Positions 17,717 to 27,269 of a DNA stretch of 64,000 nucleotides are shown piece by piece; positions within the stretch are counted from its first letter, which is position 1; the number at the start of each line of letters is the position of its first letter. The notes under the pieces were generated by a model. The model searched no databases, was not told the origin of the DNA, and saw nothing but the letters and a program-made list of their open reading frames with translations. The translations under genes and the position numbers were made by a program. The stretch lies in the IMG/VR virus record IMGVR_UViG_3300037453_000168, positions 14,932 through 78,931 of that record. One strand, given 5' to 3'. This stretch comes from a virus (taxonomy: Duplodnaviria > Caudoviricetes).

Positions 17717-18697
17717 ATGGCCGAGGAAACCGAGAAGATTGAGAAGTCGGATTATTTCACGAATCCCAAGAAGGATACGGGCAAACGCCGTGGAAGACCC
17801 CCAGGAAGTAAGAACAAGAAGACAATCGAGGCGGAGCAGAAATCGAAGTCCGAGGATACGAAGAAGTCCAAGGTCGTCAAGGATTACGATATCGCCGATT
17901 GGGGCGGATTGGGATTCATGAGGTCTGAACTCCCCACAAGGTGCGAAAATATAAGGGACTTGACCGACATATTCTCCAAGGACCGCATATCTGACAGCGA
18001 ATACCTCCAAGCCCTCGGAATACTGACGACTCTGCGCGATTGGGCGGAGAAGTCGGTGAACTGGATGAGAACCTGCGAGAGCATCGGCAAGTCCGAGAAA
18101 CCCGTTGTCCTCAAGGGATACAGAGGACATTGGACACCTATCGCCAAATCGGGATATTACACGATGTGGGAGTCCGTCGAGATGGGCGACAAGGCATACA
18201 ATGTAATCACGAAGACGATGAAGAACCGCAAGACGGGAAAACTCGTCGAGAAGATGGCATTCGAGGATGTGGACGGATTCAACGATGCGAAAGTGCAGAG
18301 CATTTTCAAATCGAAGTCCGAGGTCGCAGGAGAGGAGGTCGCATCCCGTAAGCGTGCTATGGAGCAGAAAGAGGGATACAAAAGGATAAGCGGACCTGTA
18401 ATCCCCAAGAGGATATTCGATGAACTTGTGGATATGCACAAACAGAAGTATTTATCGCAGGGTCTCTCTGAGGAGGAGGCTGTTGCCAAAGCAACCGTCG
18501 AACCGACGGCGCAGGGTACATACCGTATATTGAATTCGGCGGAGTCGATTGCTGACTTGGAGATAAAAATCAGACAGGATTTAATCGAAGAGGGATTCTA
18601 CTCTGATTCCCAGATAGATGAAATCGTAGACTACATAACAGACCATACATCAGTCGATTCTGATGGGAATTACATTTTCGAGGCGGAGGAATATTAA
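17717..18697 (+). CDS. Protein with AT-hook motif
   Basis: KRRGRPPGSKNKK at aa ~23-35. Confidence 0.6.
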   Translation: MAEETEKIEKSDYFTNPKKDTGKRRGRPPGSKNKKTIEAEQKSKSEDTKKSKVVKDYDIADWGGLGFMRSELPTRCENIRDLTDIFSKDRISDSEYLQALGILTTLRDWAEKSVNWMRTCESIGKSEKPVVLKGYRGHWTPIAKSGYYTMWESVEMGDKAYNVITKTMKNRKTGKLVEKMAFEDVDGFNDAKVQSIFKSKSEVAGEEVASRKRAMEQKEGYKRISGPVIPKRIFDELVDMHKQKYLSQGLSEEEAVAKATVEPTAQGTYRILNSAESIADLEIKIRQDLIEEGFYSDSQIDEIVDYITDHTSVDSDGNYIFEAEEY

Positions 18698-19836
18698 TGG
18701 CAAAGATTAGCTTGAAGAAAAGCGATGCAAAGGCAATAGGAACTAAGAAATCGAACGACGAGGTTGAAGAATATCCTCCCTATGTTCGTAATTATGAAAC
18801 ACTCAAAGAAGGGCTATTTAGGTATCTGAACAGGTATGACAGTTCAGAGTATCTTGCTCTTATCTTCTCAGCATTGGCGGTCGATTCTTTTGAATACAAA
18901 TCGCTGTGGGATGAATTCGAGAGAACATACAAGTCCAAGGTCAAGAAGGGAGAACCTTGGAATCTGGCATTCAATTTCTCAGCAAGGGGTACGCTTGGAA
19001 TAGATGAACCACAGCGTTTCTTTGTATATGCTATTGAACCGATAGATTCGGAGTTTGCCAGACAGGAACTTCTTGGAGAGTTCGAGATGACTCCGAGGGA
19101 ATTCATGAAGGAATTTGTCATAGATGATTTGATGCGTCAGGCAGAGAGATTCTCCAAATCTACCGACTCCATGACAACCAAGGACATGATTAAGACCCTC
19201 AAATCCAAGGGTTATATCGTGTTCAAGGCGGAGGACGAGGTTTCCGATGAAACGACCGAGGAAGACATGGAGGAATCCTCAGAGGTCGAGGAAGTCGGAG
19301 AGACCACCGAGGACACCGAGGACGATTCCGATGTAGAGGTCGAAATCGACGTTGATAAGAAATCGAGGAAGTCCAAGAGGAAATCTGGTGCGGATATCCT
19401 GAAATCCAAGGGCTGGGTCAGGAAGACCGATGACAAGGGTCCCGATTCCGAGGACGTAGAGGACGGTGCAATCGACGAGAAGGCCGTTACCGTACCCGAT
19501 ACGAAAGAACCATCGGACAATGTAGAGGACGCGGACACAGGCGTTCCCGAGGACGATGAACTTCACGAGGACTCTAAGTCATCGCAGAAGGTCGGAGATA
19601 AGGAGGGCAACGATATCGACGAACTCAAAGAGGGTCCGCAGAATTCCGAGGACATAGCGAACATGGATATAGGCGACCTTATCGAGTCCAAGAAGATGAA
19701 GAAGGAGGAACAGAAACCGCCAGCATCGTTCCAGCCTTTCTCGAACAATTACCGCACCACGCAGATGGGCGAGGGGAAGATGAGCATATCCAATGCAATC
19801 ACACCCAAAGGGTCTGTCGGAAAAGGGAGGAAATGA
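18697..19836 (+). CDS. Acidic low-complexity protein with KS motifs (candidate internal head protein)
   Basis: KSKVKKG, KKSRKSKRKSG, long D/E tracts. Confidence 0.6.
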   Translation: MAKISLKKSDAKAIGTKKSNDEVEEYPPYVRNYETLKEGLFRYLNRYDSSEYLALIFSALAVDSFEYKSLWDEFERTYKSKVKKGEPWNLAFNFSARGTLGIDEPQRFFVYAIEPIDSEFARQELLGEFEMTPREFMKEFVIDDLMRQAERFSKSTDSMTTKDMIKTLKSKGYIVFKAEDEVSDETTEEDMEESSEVEEVGETTEDTEDDSDVEVEIDVDKKSRKSKRKSGADILKSKGWVRKTDDKGPDSEDVEDGAIDEKAVTVPDTKEPSDNVEDADTGVPEDDELHEDSKSSQKVGDKEGNDIDELKEGPQNSEDIANMDIGDLIESKKMKKEEQKPPASFQPFSNNYRTTQMGEGKMSISNAITPKGSVGKGRK

Positions 19837-19837
19837 G

Positions 19838-20200
19838 ATGACGGACTCATTCGTTATAAAGAAACTGAAAGAGAACGGTATGGATGAATCGGGTCAGAAA
19901 CTCGTGAAATTCGAGAAATCCAAGGTCAAGAAGGGAGATAACCCCATGTCGACCATCGGATATCTCAAAGACGCATTATCCCGTCTCGAACAGAAGGTAG
20001 CGGAATTCGATGAGAAGGAATCCTCCAACTCTCCCCGTATCGGCATCGCTCATGACATCATCAATCTATGCAATGAAATCAAGGAGAACGCCGAGATTGT
20101 CGGCAACTATGCATCCGCCAATATGATGCGCGATATGAATAAGTCCAAAGTCGATAAGGCTCCTATCGGAACCGATAATAAAGGAATCAGAAGAATATGA
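19838..20200 (+). CDS. Small protein with shared N-terminal leader
   Basis: MTDSFVIKKLKENG...KFEKSKVKKG. Confidence 0.6.
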   Translation: MTDSFVIKKLKENGMDESGQKLVKFEKSKVKKGDNPMSTIGYLKDALSRLEQKVAEFDEKESSNSPRIGIAHDIINLCNEIKENAEIVGNYASANMMRDMNKSKVDKAPIGTDNKGIRRI

Positions 20201-20204
20201 TTTC

Positions 20205-20225
20205 GGAGGGATTCATATCCCTCCA
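20205..20225 (+). terminator. Hairpin terminator candidate
   Basis: GGAGGGGAT-TCAT-ATCCCTCC followed by a T-rich tract. Confidence 0.45.
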
Positions 20226-20245
20226 AACTCTTTATTAGTTTATTA

Positions 20246-20319
20246 AAGAATATATTTTATATACTTATATGTGTTATTCAATTCTGTAAACCGATGGGTT
20301 TACAGGTGTGAATGGAATG
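20246..20319 (+). promoter_or_regulatory. Promoter + leader hairpin + SD module, copy 1
   Basis: AAGAATATATTTTATATAC...GTGTTATTCAATT-CTGTAAACC-GATG-GGTTTACAG-GTGTGA...ATG. Confidence 0.8.
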
Positions 20320-20487
20320 AGCGAAGTACACGGATACATACTTGGAGAGAAGATTATCGCAGGTTCTTGGATAGAACTCTACGATATCGCACAGGAGAAA
20401 TCAGATATCCTCGGCATGACCCTTACCGTCAAGAACGACAGGGAAGAGGAAATCCACAGATGCCACCCTCACAAGGGGGTGGCCTGA
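20317..20487 (+). CDS. Small hypothetical protein (56 aa), missed by ORF track
   Basis: First gene after module 1; MSEVHGYILG...HKGVA*. Confidence 0.6.
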   Translation: MSEVHGYILGEKIIAGSWIELYDIAQEKSDILGMTLTVKNDREEEIHRCHPHKGVA

Positions 20488-20658
20488 ATGGTCTACGTAG
20501 GATTACAGAACTCGCACACGCTCGACGAATGCTATCTCAACATAGATTCCGAAATCAAGAGGACGTTGCGCTCGATTTAGCTCGACAACGGATGGAAGGA
20601 GATATACAGCATTTCATCCGAGCCGATTGTGACCAATCACTCCAAAGAGGTGGCTTGA
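20488..20658 (+). CDS. Small protein with internal TAG 20578-20580
   Basis: Readthrough ends GAGGTGGCT-TGA-ATG, abutting ORF 20659 just as the preceding gene abuts this one. Confidence 0.6.
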
Positions 20659-20904
20659 ATGGACTTCTGGCAAGCGATAAAGGAGATGGACAAGGGCAAG
20701 GTCGTTCAGATGTGCGTCAACCCCGAACGCTACTATCGTCTTGCATCCGATGGATGCACCATCGTCAATAAGCCCATACATGAGGATTGGGCGTACAAGG
20801 GCGAGGAATACGGAGGGGAATGGCGCAATGCCATCTTCACATCCACTCACATCAGGGGGAGTTGGATGGTCGTGGGAGAATGGAGGGATGGTCGCATATA
20901 CTAA
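20659..20904 (+). CDS. Small hypothetical protein
   Basis: MDFWQAIKEMDKGKVV; GAGGTG upstream. Confidence 0.6.
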   Translation: MDFWQAIKEMDKGKVVQMCVNPERYYRLASDGCTIVNKPIHEDWAYKGEEYGGEWRNAIFTSTHIRGSWMVVGEWRDGRIY

Positions 20905-20984
20905 ATTCTGGGTATCTTTGAGGTATATTCCGACATATAATTTATATACCTCAATATCCTCGAATTAAAATAGGGGGAAACGAA

Positions 20985-21182
20985 ATGAGTACGACTGTTG
21001 GCTCATTCATAAGGAACGGCAAAGGTATCAATAACTTCGAGATAGCGGATTCAAAGGGTAACGTGCTCTGCGATTCCAACGACTATAACAACGTCATATC
21101 CTATTTCGACAGGCTCGTCAAGACCTCTGTGGTAGAGGACAGGGGTAACTATGGTTTCGTGGCCACTCTGGTGGTATCATGA
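20985..21182 (+). CDS. Small hypothetical protein
   Basis: TATA (ATTTATATAC ~20940) and GGGGG SD upstream. Confidence 0.55.
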   Translation: MSTTVGSFIRNGKGINNFEIADSKGNVLCDSNDYNNVISYFDRLVKTSVVEDRGNYGFVATLVVS

Positions 21183-21388
21183 GCGAGTTCGAGATTGGAA
21201 GGACATACAAGCCGAGATATGGCGGAAAGGATGATATCATCACAATCGTCGATAAGGACGATACTTATATCTATTTCACCAAGGAATGGGTGCAGAACAA
21301 GGTGTTCCGTGAGAAATACATCAAACATCCGAATTCCGAAACGGCTCTTACCAATGTCTGGACTTCATCCAATGATTCGATAGACTGA
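21179..21388 (+). CDS. Small hypothetical protein
   Basis: FEIGRTY start; ATGA overlap. Confidence 0.55.
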   Translation: MSEFEIGRTYKPRYGGKDDIITIVDKDDTYIYFTKEWVQNKVFREKYIKHPNSETALTNVWTSSNDSID

Positions 21389-21439
21389 AAACATCTTAAA
21401 TAATATATATCCTCATTTTAATGCAACGACCGTGATATT

Positions 21440-22051
21440 TTGGTCGTTGTCGATAATGTCAGGTTGGAGAAGATTCCCATCGAGAAACTGATTCCCCATC
21501 CGAAGAATCCCCGTGTGGCTCTTACCAAAGGGAACCCCATCTATGAGAAACTATACACATCCATCCAGCATCACACATACATAGACCCGATTGTATGGAA
21601 CGAGCGTACAGGATACATCGTGGCTGGTCATCAGAGATTCCAAGTCCTGAAAGATATGGCGGACGAGGACGGAACGGTTCTGAAAGAGATTCCTGTCGTT
21701 GTCGTGAATCTATCGGACAAGGACGAATTGACTTATCTCACAGCCGATAACAAGATTCAGGGTCTATGGGACCCCGATAAGCTGTCCGCCCTGTTCAGAG
21801 AGTTGGAGGACGATGATTACGCCTATACGGGGTTCGACGATTTCGAGATTGCATCCCTTATAGACGATGAGGAACCCGATGTAGGCGACGATGTGATTAT
21901 CGACGATATAGAACCCAAGGGGTTCTCCGTAACGGTCGTGTGCGAATCGGATGACGATAAGGAATTCATGAAAAAGCTTTTCAACGAGGCGGTCAAGCTG
22001 AAAAGAAGATACACGGTATCCGAACTCAGGCTTGCAATCCCGAAGGAGTGA
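21440..22051 (+). CDS. ParB/Srx-like N-terminal domain protein
   Basis: LIPHPKNPR...DPIVWNERTGYIVAGHQR...DNK...WD. Confidence 0.8.
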   Translation: MVVVDNVRLEKIPIEKLIPHPKNPRVALTKGNPIYEKLYTSIQHHTYIDPIVWNERTGYIVAGHQRFQVLKDMADEDGTVLKEIPVVVVNLSDKDELTYLTADNKIQGLWDPDKLSALFRELEDDDYAYTGFDDFEIASLIDDEEPDVGDDVIIDDIEPKGFSVTVVCESDDDKEFMKKLFNEAVKLKRRYTVSELRLAIPKE

Positions 22052-22055
22052 TAAT

Positions 22056-22868
22056 ATGGCTAACAATGAAGATATAAAAGTGAACATCCAGACCGTGATG
22101 AAGAAACTGTCCGATATACACCCTTATGAGAACAATCCCCGTAACAACAAGGTCGCAGTCGATAAGGTCATCAGGTCCATCCAGCAGTTCGGATTCAAAG
22201 TACCCATCATCATAGACAATGACGGCACAATCGTGACAGGGCATACCCGTTATCTCGCATCCAAGAAACTCGGATTGAAGGAAGTGCCCTGCATCCTCGC
22301 AGACGATTTGACCCCCGAACAGATTAAAGCCTATCGCCTTGTCGATAACAAGGTATCCGAATATGCAACATGGGACGTACAGATGTTACAGAAGGAATTG
22401 AAGGATTTGGAGGACTTCGACCTGTCGGAGTATGATTTCGATGAGACATTGCAATCCGTCATAGATACGTCCGAAGAAGCGATACAGGAAGTCCAGCCAG
22501 AGAACCCCTATACATTCAAGATTCAGTTGCCTGAATATGAGGTGCAGGGTTGGGACGTCAATGCATCGGACCTTGTGAATACGGCACAGAGGGACAAACT
22601 TCTCAAAGAGATTAAGGGTGCGGACATACCCGACGATGTACGCATATTCCTCGAACTCGCATCGCAACGCCATCTTATCTTCGATTATACCAAGATTGCC
22701 GAGTTCTATGCACAGGCCGATGAAACGGTACAGGATTTGATGGAACGCTCAGGTCTTGTAATCATAGATTACGATAAGGCAATCCAATACGGATACATGA
22801 ACCTCGTCAAGGAAATCGAGGAATTGAGAGAGAACGATACCGAGGATGATGAGGACAATGAGGGATGA
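22056..22868 (+). CDS. ParB-like protein fused to a conserved C-terminal domain
   Basis: PYENNPR...GFKVPIIID...TGHTR...RLVDNK; C-terminus FLELASQRHLIFDYTKIAEFYA...SGLVIIDYDKAI. Confidence 0.8.
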   Translation: MANNEDIKVNIQTVMKKLSDIHPYENNPRNNKVAVDKVIRSIQQFGFKVPIIIDNDGTIVTGHTRYLASKKLGLKEVPCILADDLTPEQIKAYRLVDNKVSEYATWDVQMLQKELKDLEDFDLSEYDFDETLQSVIDTSEEAIQEVQPENPYTFKIQLPEYEVQGWDVNASDLVNTAQRDKLLKEIKGADIPDDVRIFLELASQRHLIFDYTKIAEFYAQADETVQDLMERSGLVIIDYDKAIQYGYMNLVKEIEELRENDTEDDEDNEG

Positions 22869-23757
22869 CTTCGCTGTATTCATCCTCACACACGGCAGAG
22901 CCGACCATGTGGTTACATACAATACTCTGAAACGTATGAACTATACAGGTAAGATAATCATACTCATAGATGACGAGGATTCCCAAGCCGACAGATACCG
23001 CCTCAATTTCTCCAATATGCCCAATACAGAGGTCGTACAGTTCGACAAGAAGGCTCGTGCGAGATTGACGCAGACCGCCGACAACCTCGACGAGAGGAAC
23101 TCGGTGATATATGCCCGTAACGAGTGTTTTGCCGTCGCACAGGAACGTGGGTTGTCGTATTTCCTTGAATTGGATGACGATTACGGCGGAATATATTTCC
23201 GCTATCCCAAGGACGGCATACTCAAAGCCGATTTCGTACAAGATTTCGATTCCGTATGCGAGTCTATGATTAGATTCTTGGATTCCTCCAAGGCTTGCAC
23301 CGTATGTTTCGCACAGGGAGGGGATTTCATCGGAGGTCTTGAAAAATACAACAATTGGGGAAATAAATCCCGTAAAGCTATGAACTCCTTCTTCTGTTGT
23401 ACCGCAAGACCGTTCAATTTCCTCGGTAGGATGAACGACGATGTGAACTCATACGTCACGCTCGGTTCGAGAGGCCACCTGTTCTGGACGATAAAGGAGA
23501 TATCTGTCAATCCAGCGCAGACACAGGCCGTAGAAGGGGGATTGACAGACATGTATCTGAAATATGGTACGTATGTCAAGTCTTATTATGCTGTCATATT
23601 CAACCCATCCTGTGTCAAGGTGGATTCGATGGGATGGACGAGAAGGAGGATACATCACAAAGTCTATTTTGATAATGCGGTCCCTAAGATTCTGTCGGAG
23701 AATATCAAGAAATCAGACAACATCGTCACTCCGATTTGCAAGGAGTATATGGTATGA
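22846..23757 (+). CDS. GT-A fold glycosyltransferase, GREB1/TET-associated (TAGT)-like, paralog 1
   Basis: FILTHGRAD, LELDDDY, QGGD, GRMNDDVNSY, QAVEGGLTDMY. Confidence 0.7.
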   Translation: MMRTMRDDFAVFILTHGRADHVVTYNTLKRMNYTGKIIILIDDEDSQADRYRLNFSNMPNTEVVQFDKKARARLTQTADNLDERNSVIYARNECFAVAQERGLSYFLELDDDYGGIYFRYPKDGILKADFVQDFDSVCESMIRFLDSSKACTVCFAQGGDFIGGLEKYNNWGNKSRKAMNSFFCCTARPFNFLGRMNDDVNSYVTLGSRGHLFWTIKEISVNPAQTQAVEGGLTDMYLKYGTYVKSYYAVIFNPSCVKVDSMGWTRRRIHHKVYFDNAVPKILSENIKKSDNIVTPICKEYMV

Positions 23758-24662
23758 CATCAGACGATATGTTCGCCATATTCATCCTCACATACAAACG
23801 TGCGGATAACCAGCTAACGCTCGAACATCTTAGGGAGGATTTGGGATACGAGGGCAAGATAATATTGCTGATAGGCGACGATGACCCCCAACAGGAGGAA
23901 TACAGGGCCACAGCATCCAGATATCCGAACACGGATGTATTCGTATTCGATAAATCGAAATCGATTCAGCATTCGGACGTATGCGACAACATCCAGAGAT
24001 TCAATACGGTCGTATTCGTCCGTTCCGAGGTATTCTATGTGGCAAGGGAACTCGGATACACATACTTCATGATTCTGGAAGATGATTACAGCAGTTATCT
24101 GTACCGTTATCCTGAGGATGGGATGCTGAGAAGTCGGAAGGTGCATGATATGGACGGAGTGATTTCCGCTATGCGCAGATTCTATGAATCCACAGATGTG
24201 ACCTCAATATCGTTCTCCATGGGAGGGGATTATATCGGGGGTCTTAGCAAGTATCTGAATTGGGGATACAAGCAGAGGAAGGTATGCAATTCGTTCTTCC
24301 ATTCCACAGACAGGCCGATGCGTTTCATAGCACGCATGAACGACGATATAGCCACTCAGGTCAATATGTCGCAGAGAGGGCATTGTTTCCTGTCTGTCCG
24401 TGAGATAGCCATACCTCAGCCTGAGACCATGACGCAGGAAGGAGGTCTTACAGATATGTACAACGCGAACGGAGAGTATCAAAAAGCATTCTATACCCTC
24501 ATAGCACAGCCATCATGTGTCAAGATAAGATATATGAGACATCTGAAACAGCCGATACATCATTCGGTATCGTACAATAACTGCACACCATGTATCCTGT
24601 CCGATGATATCAAGAAATCCAAGACCAGGATTACACCTATTTGCAAGGAGTATATAGCATGA
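23754..24662 (+). CDS. GT-A fold glycosyltransferase, GREB1/TAGT-like, paralog 2
   Basis: Collinear with paralog 1 (FILTYKRAD, ILEDDY, RMNDD, GGLTDMY, TPICKEY). Confidence 0.7.
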   Translation: MTSDDMFAIFILTYKRADNQLTLEHLREDLGYEGKIILLIGDDDPQQEEYRATASRYPNTDVFVFDKSKSIQHSDVCDNIQRFNTVVFVRSEVFYVARELGYTYFMILEDDYSSYLYRYPEDGMLRSRKVHDMDGVISAMRRFYESTDVTSISFSMGGDYIGGLSKYLNWGYKQRKVCNSFFHSTDRPMRFIARMNDDIATQVNMSQRGHCFLSVREIAIPQPETMTQEGGLTDMYNANGEYQKAFYTLIAQPSCVKIRYMRHLKQPIHHSVSYNNCTPCILSDDIKKSKTRITPICKEYIA

Positions 24663-25387
24663 AAGGAGTCGTACTGGCGGCTGGCGACGGCAAGCGTATA
24701 TCGGGATACCATGATTTCGCATCGAAGGTGCTGATAGAGATAGATGGTCAGCCTTTGATAATGTTGAATATGGAACGTATCTCCCCGTATGTCGATTCTT
24801 TCGTGGTCGTGGTAGGTAAAGCGAAGAAGGAGATTGTATCAAAGGTCGGATATGTATATGATGACAAACCTGTCTACTATGTGGAACAGGAGGTCAGAGA
24901 TGGACCTCTCGGTGCTTTGAGATGCGCCTACGACCTCATAAAGAACGATGATTGCATAATCGTGCTTGCGGACGAATATATCATAGGCGATAGGATTCGC
25001 CAGACAGTAGAGATATTCAACAGACGTTATCCCGATGCCATACTCGGAGTCATACCTGATTCCAAAAAGGAGGATATCGCTCAGACATACTCCATAGAAT
25101 ATCTGTCGGACAATTACGGCAACCCCCACAAAGGGGATTGCGTCAAGAGATTGGTCGAGAAACCCAAGACGTTCCCGAACTCGATAAGAGGTACAGGATA
25201 TTATTTCGTATCCGAATATGTGATTCGCAAGATTCCCCATGTCAAGGCGAGGAAGAACGGCCAGTATGAGATTACCGACCTGTTCAGCTATGTCCTGAAA
25301 GGCGGAGGTACAATCATAACCCGTACAATCGCAGAGAAGGCATACAATATAAATTCGATTGAAGTATTGAACGAGTTGATAGGTTGA
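24659..25387 (+). CDS. Sugar-phosphate nucleotidyltransferase (RmlA/GalU-like)
   Basis: VVLAAGDGKR, LVEKP, GQYEITD. Confidence 0.85.
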   Translation: MKGVVLAAGDGKRISGYHDFASKVLIEIDGQPLIMLNMERISPYVDSFVVVVGKAKKEIVSKVGYVYDDKPVYYVEQEVRDGPLGALRCAYDLIKNDDCIIVLADEYIIGDRIRQTVEIFNRRYPDAILGVIPDSKKEDIAQTYSIEYLSDNYGNPHKGDCVKRLVEKPKTFPNSIRGTGYYFVSEYVIRKIPHVKARKNGQYEITDLFSYVLKGGGTIITRTIAEKAYNINSIEVLNELIG

Positions 25388-25788
25388 GGACGAACAAGCC
25401 AGTATTCGAACCGATGAATCCCAAGGGCTGGGATAAGCATTTCATCGTGGCAATAGATTACGACGGTACTCTGACCTCTAAACGTGACGGCAGTATAGAT
25501 AAGGTCGCAATCCAATACGTCAAGAACATCCGTGACCTCGGATGCGTAATCATCCTATGGACGTCGAGATATGACGAACTTCTCGACAAGGCTATTGCGG
25601 AATGTTCCAAGAGAGGTTTGGAGTTCGATTATGTCAATTCCAATCCTCTACGCCATTCATCGGACAAGGTATCCGCCGACATATATATAGATGACAAATC
25701 CGAGATAGGCCCGATACCTTGGATAAAATGGATTGATTTCATTCAAAAACAGCTTTCACTCAAAGAATATATCCTGATGGAGAGGTAA
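25384..25788 (+). CDS. Cap-less HAD-family phosphatase
   Basis: IVAIDYDGT, IILWTSR, ADIYIDDK. Confidence 0.8.
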   Translation: MRTNKPVFEPMNPKGWDKHFIVAIDYDGTLTSKRDGSIDKVAIQYVKNIRDLGCVIILWTSRYDELLDKAIAECSKRGLEFDYVNSNPLRHSSDKVSADIYIDDKSEIGPIPWIKWIDFIQKQLSLKEYILMER

Positions 25789-25789
25789 T

Positions 25790-26740
25790 ATGGCCGACAA
25801 CATTTCTTCGGATAAACTGATGTATCACATGGCTCATGTGGTCGAAGGACTCCCCATAACCTGCAATTGGTTTCTGAACGATGTATGCAACAACAGATGC
25901 ACCTATTGTAATTTCGCACGTCACATGAACAGGGATGGCAACAATATATCGTATCTTGATTTTGTGAAGTATGCGAACAGATTGAAGGAAATCGGTGTGA
26001 AGGGAATCATACTCGAGGGCGGAGGGGAACCTACTATATGTCCCGACTTCGAGAAGATGACCCAATATCTGGATTGTATCTCCATACCGTACATCATTCT
26101 GACCAACTTCAATGAATACAGAGAGGTAAAGCCAGAGGTTCTGAGGGTGTCCCTCGATGCTTGGTCGGAGGACACATACAAGGCGAAGAGAGGGGTCAGC
26201 AGATACAATAAGGTCAGGGACAATATAATCCGCTATGCTAAATGGAGGGATGAGCATTCACCCGATACAGAGATAGGCATCCAACTTGTCACCTGCGATA
26301 CGTCGGAGATATTGCCGTTCTACGAGGGCAACAAGGATTTACCTGTCGATTACATAACGATAAAGCCGTATGAGTCCACCAACTGCACGTTCTACGATGG
26401 CAAGGACGATGCAATCGCCGAGCAGAACGCCATAATCAAGGCTCTGTCGGAGAAGGATTCCCGTATAGTCTATAATTACAAGTGGCGTGACCTCAACCAT
26501 CGTTTCTCGGAATGCTACGCTCATGCGAATCAAATCGGACTAAGGTGGGACGGTGCGGTCATGTGCTGTTGCCATCGTCCCTACGATGTGCTGGGGAATA
26601 TAATGGACGAGGATATCCTTGTGAAGAACCGTCAGACCAGATTCGATATGTCCAAATGCGACGTTCCGTGCAGACTGACTGGGCCTAACACATTATTGGA
26701 GAATCTGAACAGAGGATGCAAGAATCAGAACTTCATCTAA
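25790..26740 (+). CDS. Radical SAM protein with Cys-rich SPASM/twitch-like C-terminus
   Basis: CNNRCTYC, EGGGEPT, C-terminal C...DGAVMCCCH...C...C. Confidence 0.85.
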   Translation: MADNISSDKLMYHMAHVVEGLPITCNWFLNDVCNNRCTYCNFARHMNRDGNNISYLDFVKYANRLKEIGVKGIILEGGGEPTICPDFEKMTQYLDCISIPYIILTNFNEYREVKPEVLRVSLDAWSEDTYKAKRGVSRYNKVRDNIIRYAKWRDEHSPDTEIGIQLVTCDTSEILPFYEGNKDLPVDYITIKPYESTNCTFYDGKDDAIAEQNAIIKALSEKDSRIVYNYKWRDLNHRFSECYAHANQIGLRWDGAVMCCCHRPYDVLGNIMDEDILVKNRQTRFDMSKCDVPCRLTGPNTLLENLNRGCKNQNFI

Positions 26741-26771
26741 ATATTAAATAATATAAATCAAATGAATCCGT

Positions 26772-27269
26772 ATGCCTAAATCGTATAAGACCGACGAATT
26801 ACAGGAGTATCTTCAATCCAAGAAGGGATTGAACGAGATTACCGAGCAGTCCCGTAGCGGTAAGACCCTCGCAGAGATATCCGAGCATTTCGGGATTGCC
26901 CGTACCACACTATACACATGGTCCAAGAAATATCCTGAGATTCAATCGGCATTATCCGAGGGAAAGCACGTTGCGGATGACCGTGTGGAGCAATCCCTGT
27001 ACGAATCCTGTTTCGGACGTACCGAGAAGGAGGTCACGGTGGAGAAGGACAGGGACGGCAATGTGATTAAATCCATAGTCCGCACCCGTTACATCCCTCC
27101 GAACATCACGGCAATCCAATATTGGTTATCTAATCGTCGCAACGACACATGGAAGGCAAGACAGCAGTTGGAGTTCGCACCCGATACCAAACTGCCTGTG
27201 ATGTTCGTAGAGGATATACCAAACCCGTTCATCAAGAAAGATGTCGAAGAAAAAGACGCATCCGAATGA
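26772..27269 (+). CDS. terS: Terminase small subunit
   Basis: HTH (EISEHFGIARTTLYTWSKKYPE), PPNITAIQYWLSNRR; directly before the large subunit. Confidence 0.8.
   Translation: MPKSYKTDELQEYLQSKKGLNEITEQSRSGKTLAEISEHFGIARTTLYTWSKKYPEIQSALSEGKHVADDRVEQSLYESCFGRTEKEVTVEKDRDGNVIKSIVRTRYIPPNITAIQYWLSNRRNDTWKARQQLEFAPDTKLPVMFVEDIPNPFIKKDVEEKDASE

Noticed and set aside
17702-18439. Long minus-strand ORFs here and at 50031..51038, 52011..52631, 27952..28566, 13177..13800
   Set aside because: All overlap well-supported plus-strand genes; no evidence for any minus-strand transcription unit.
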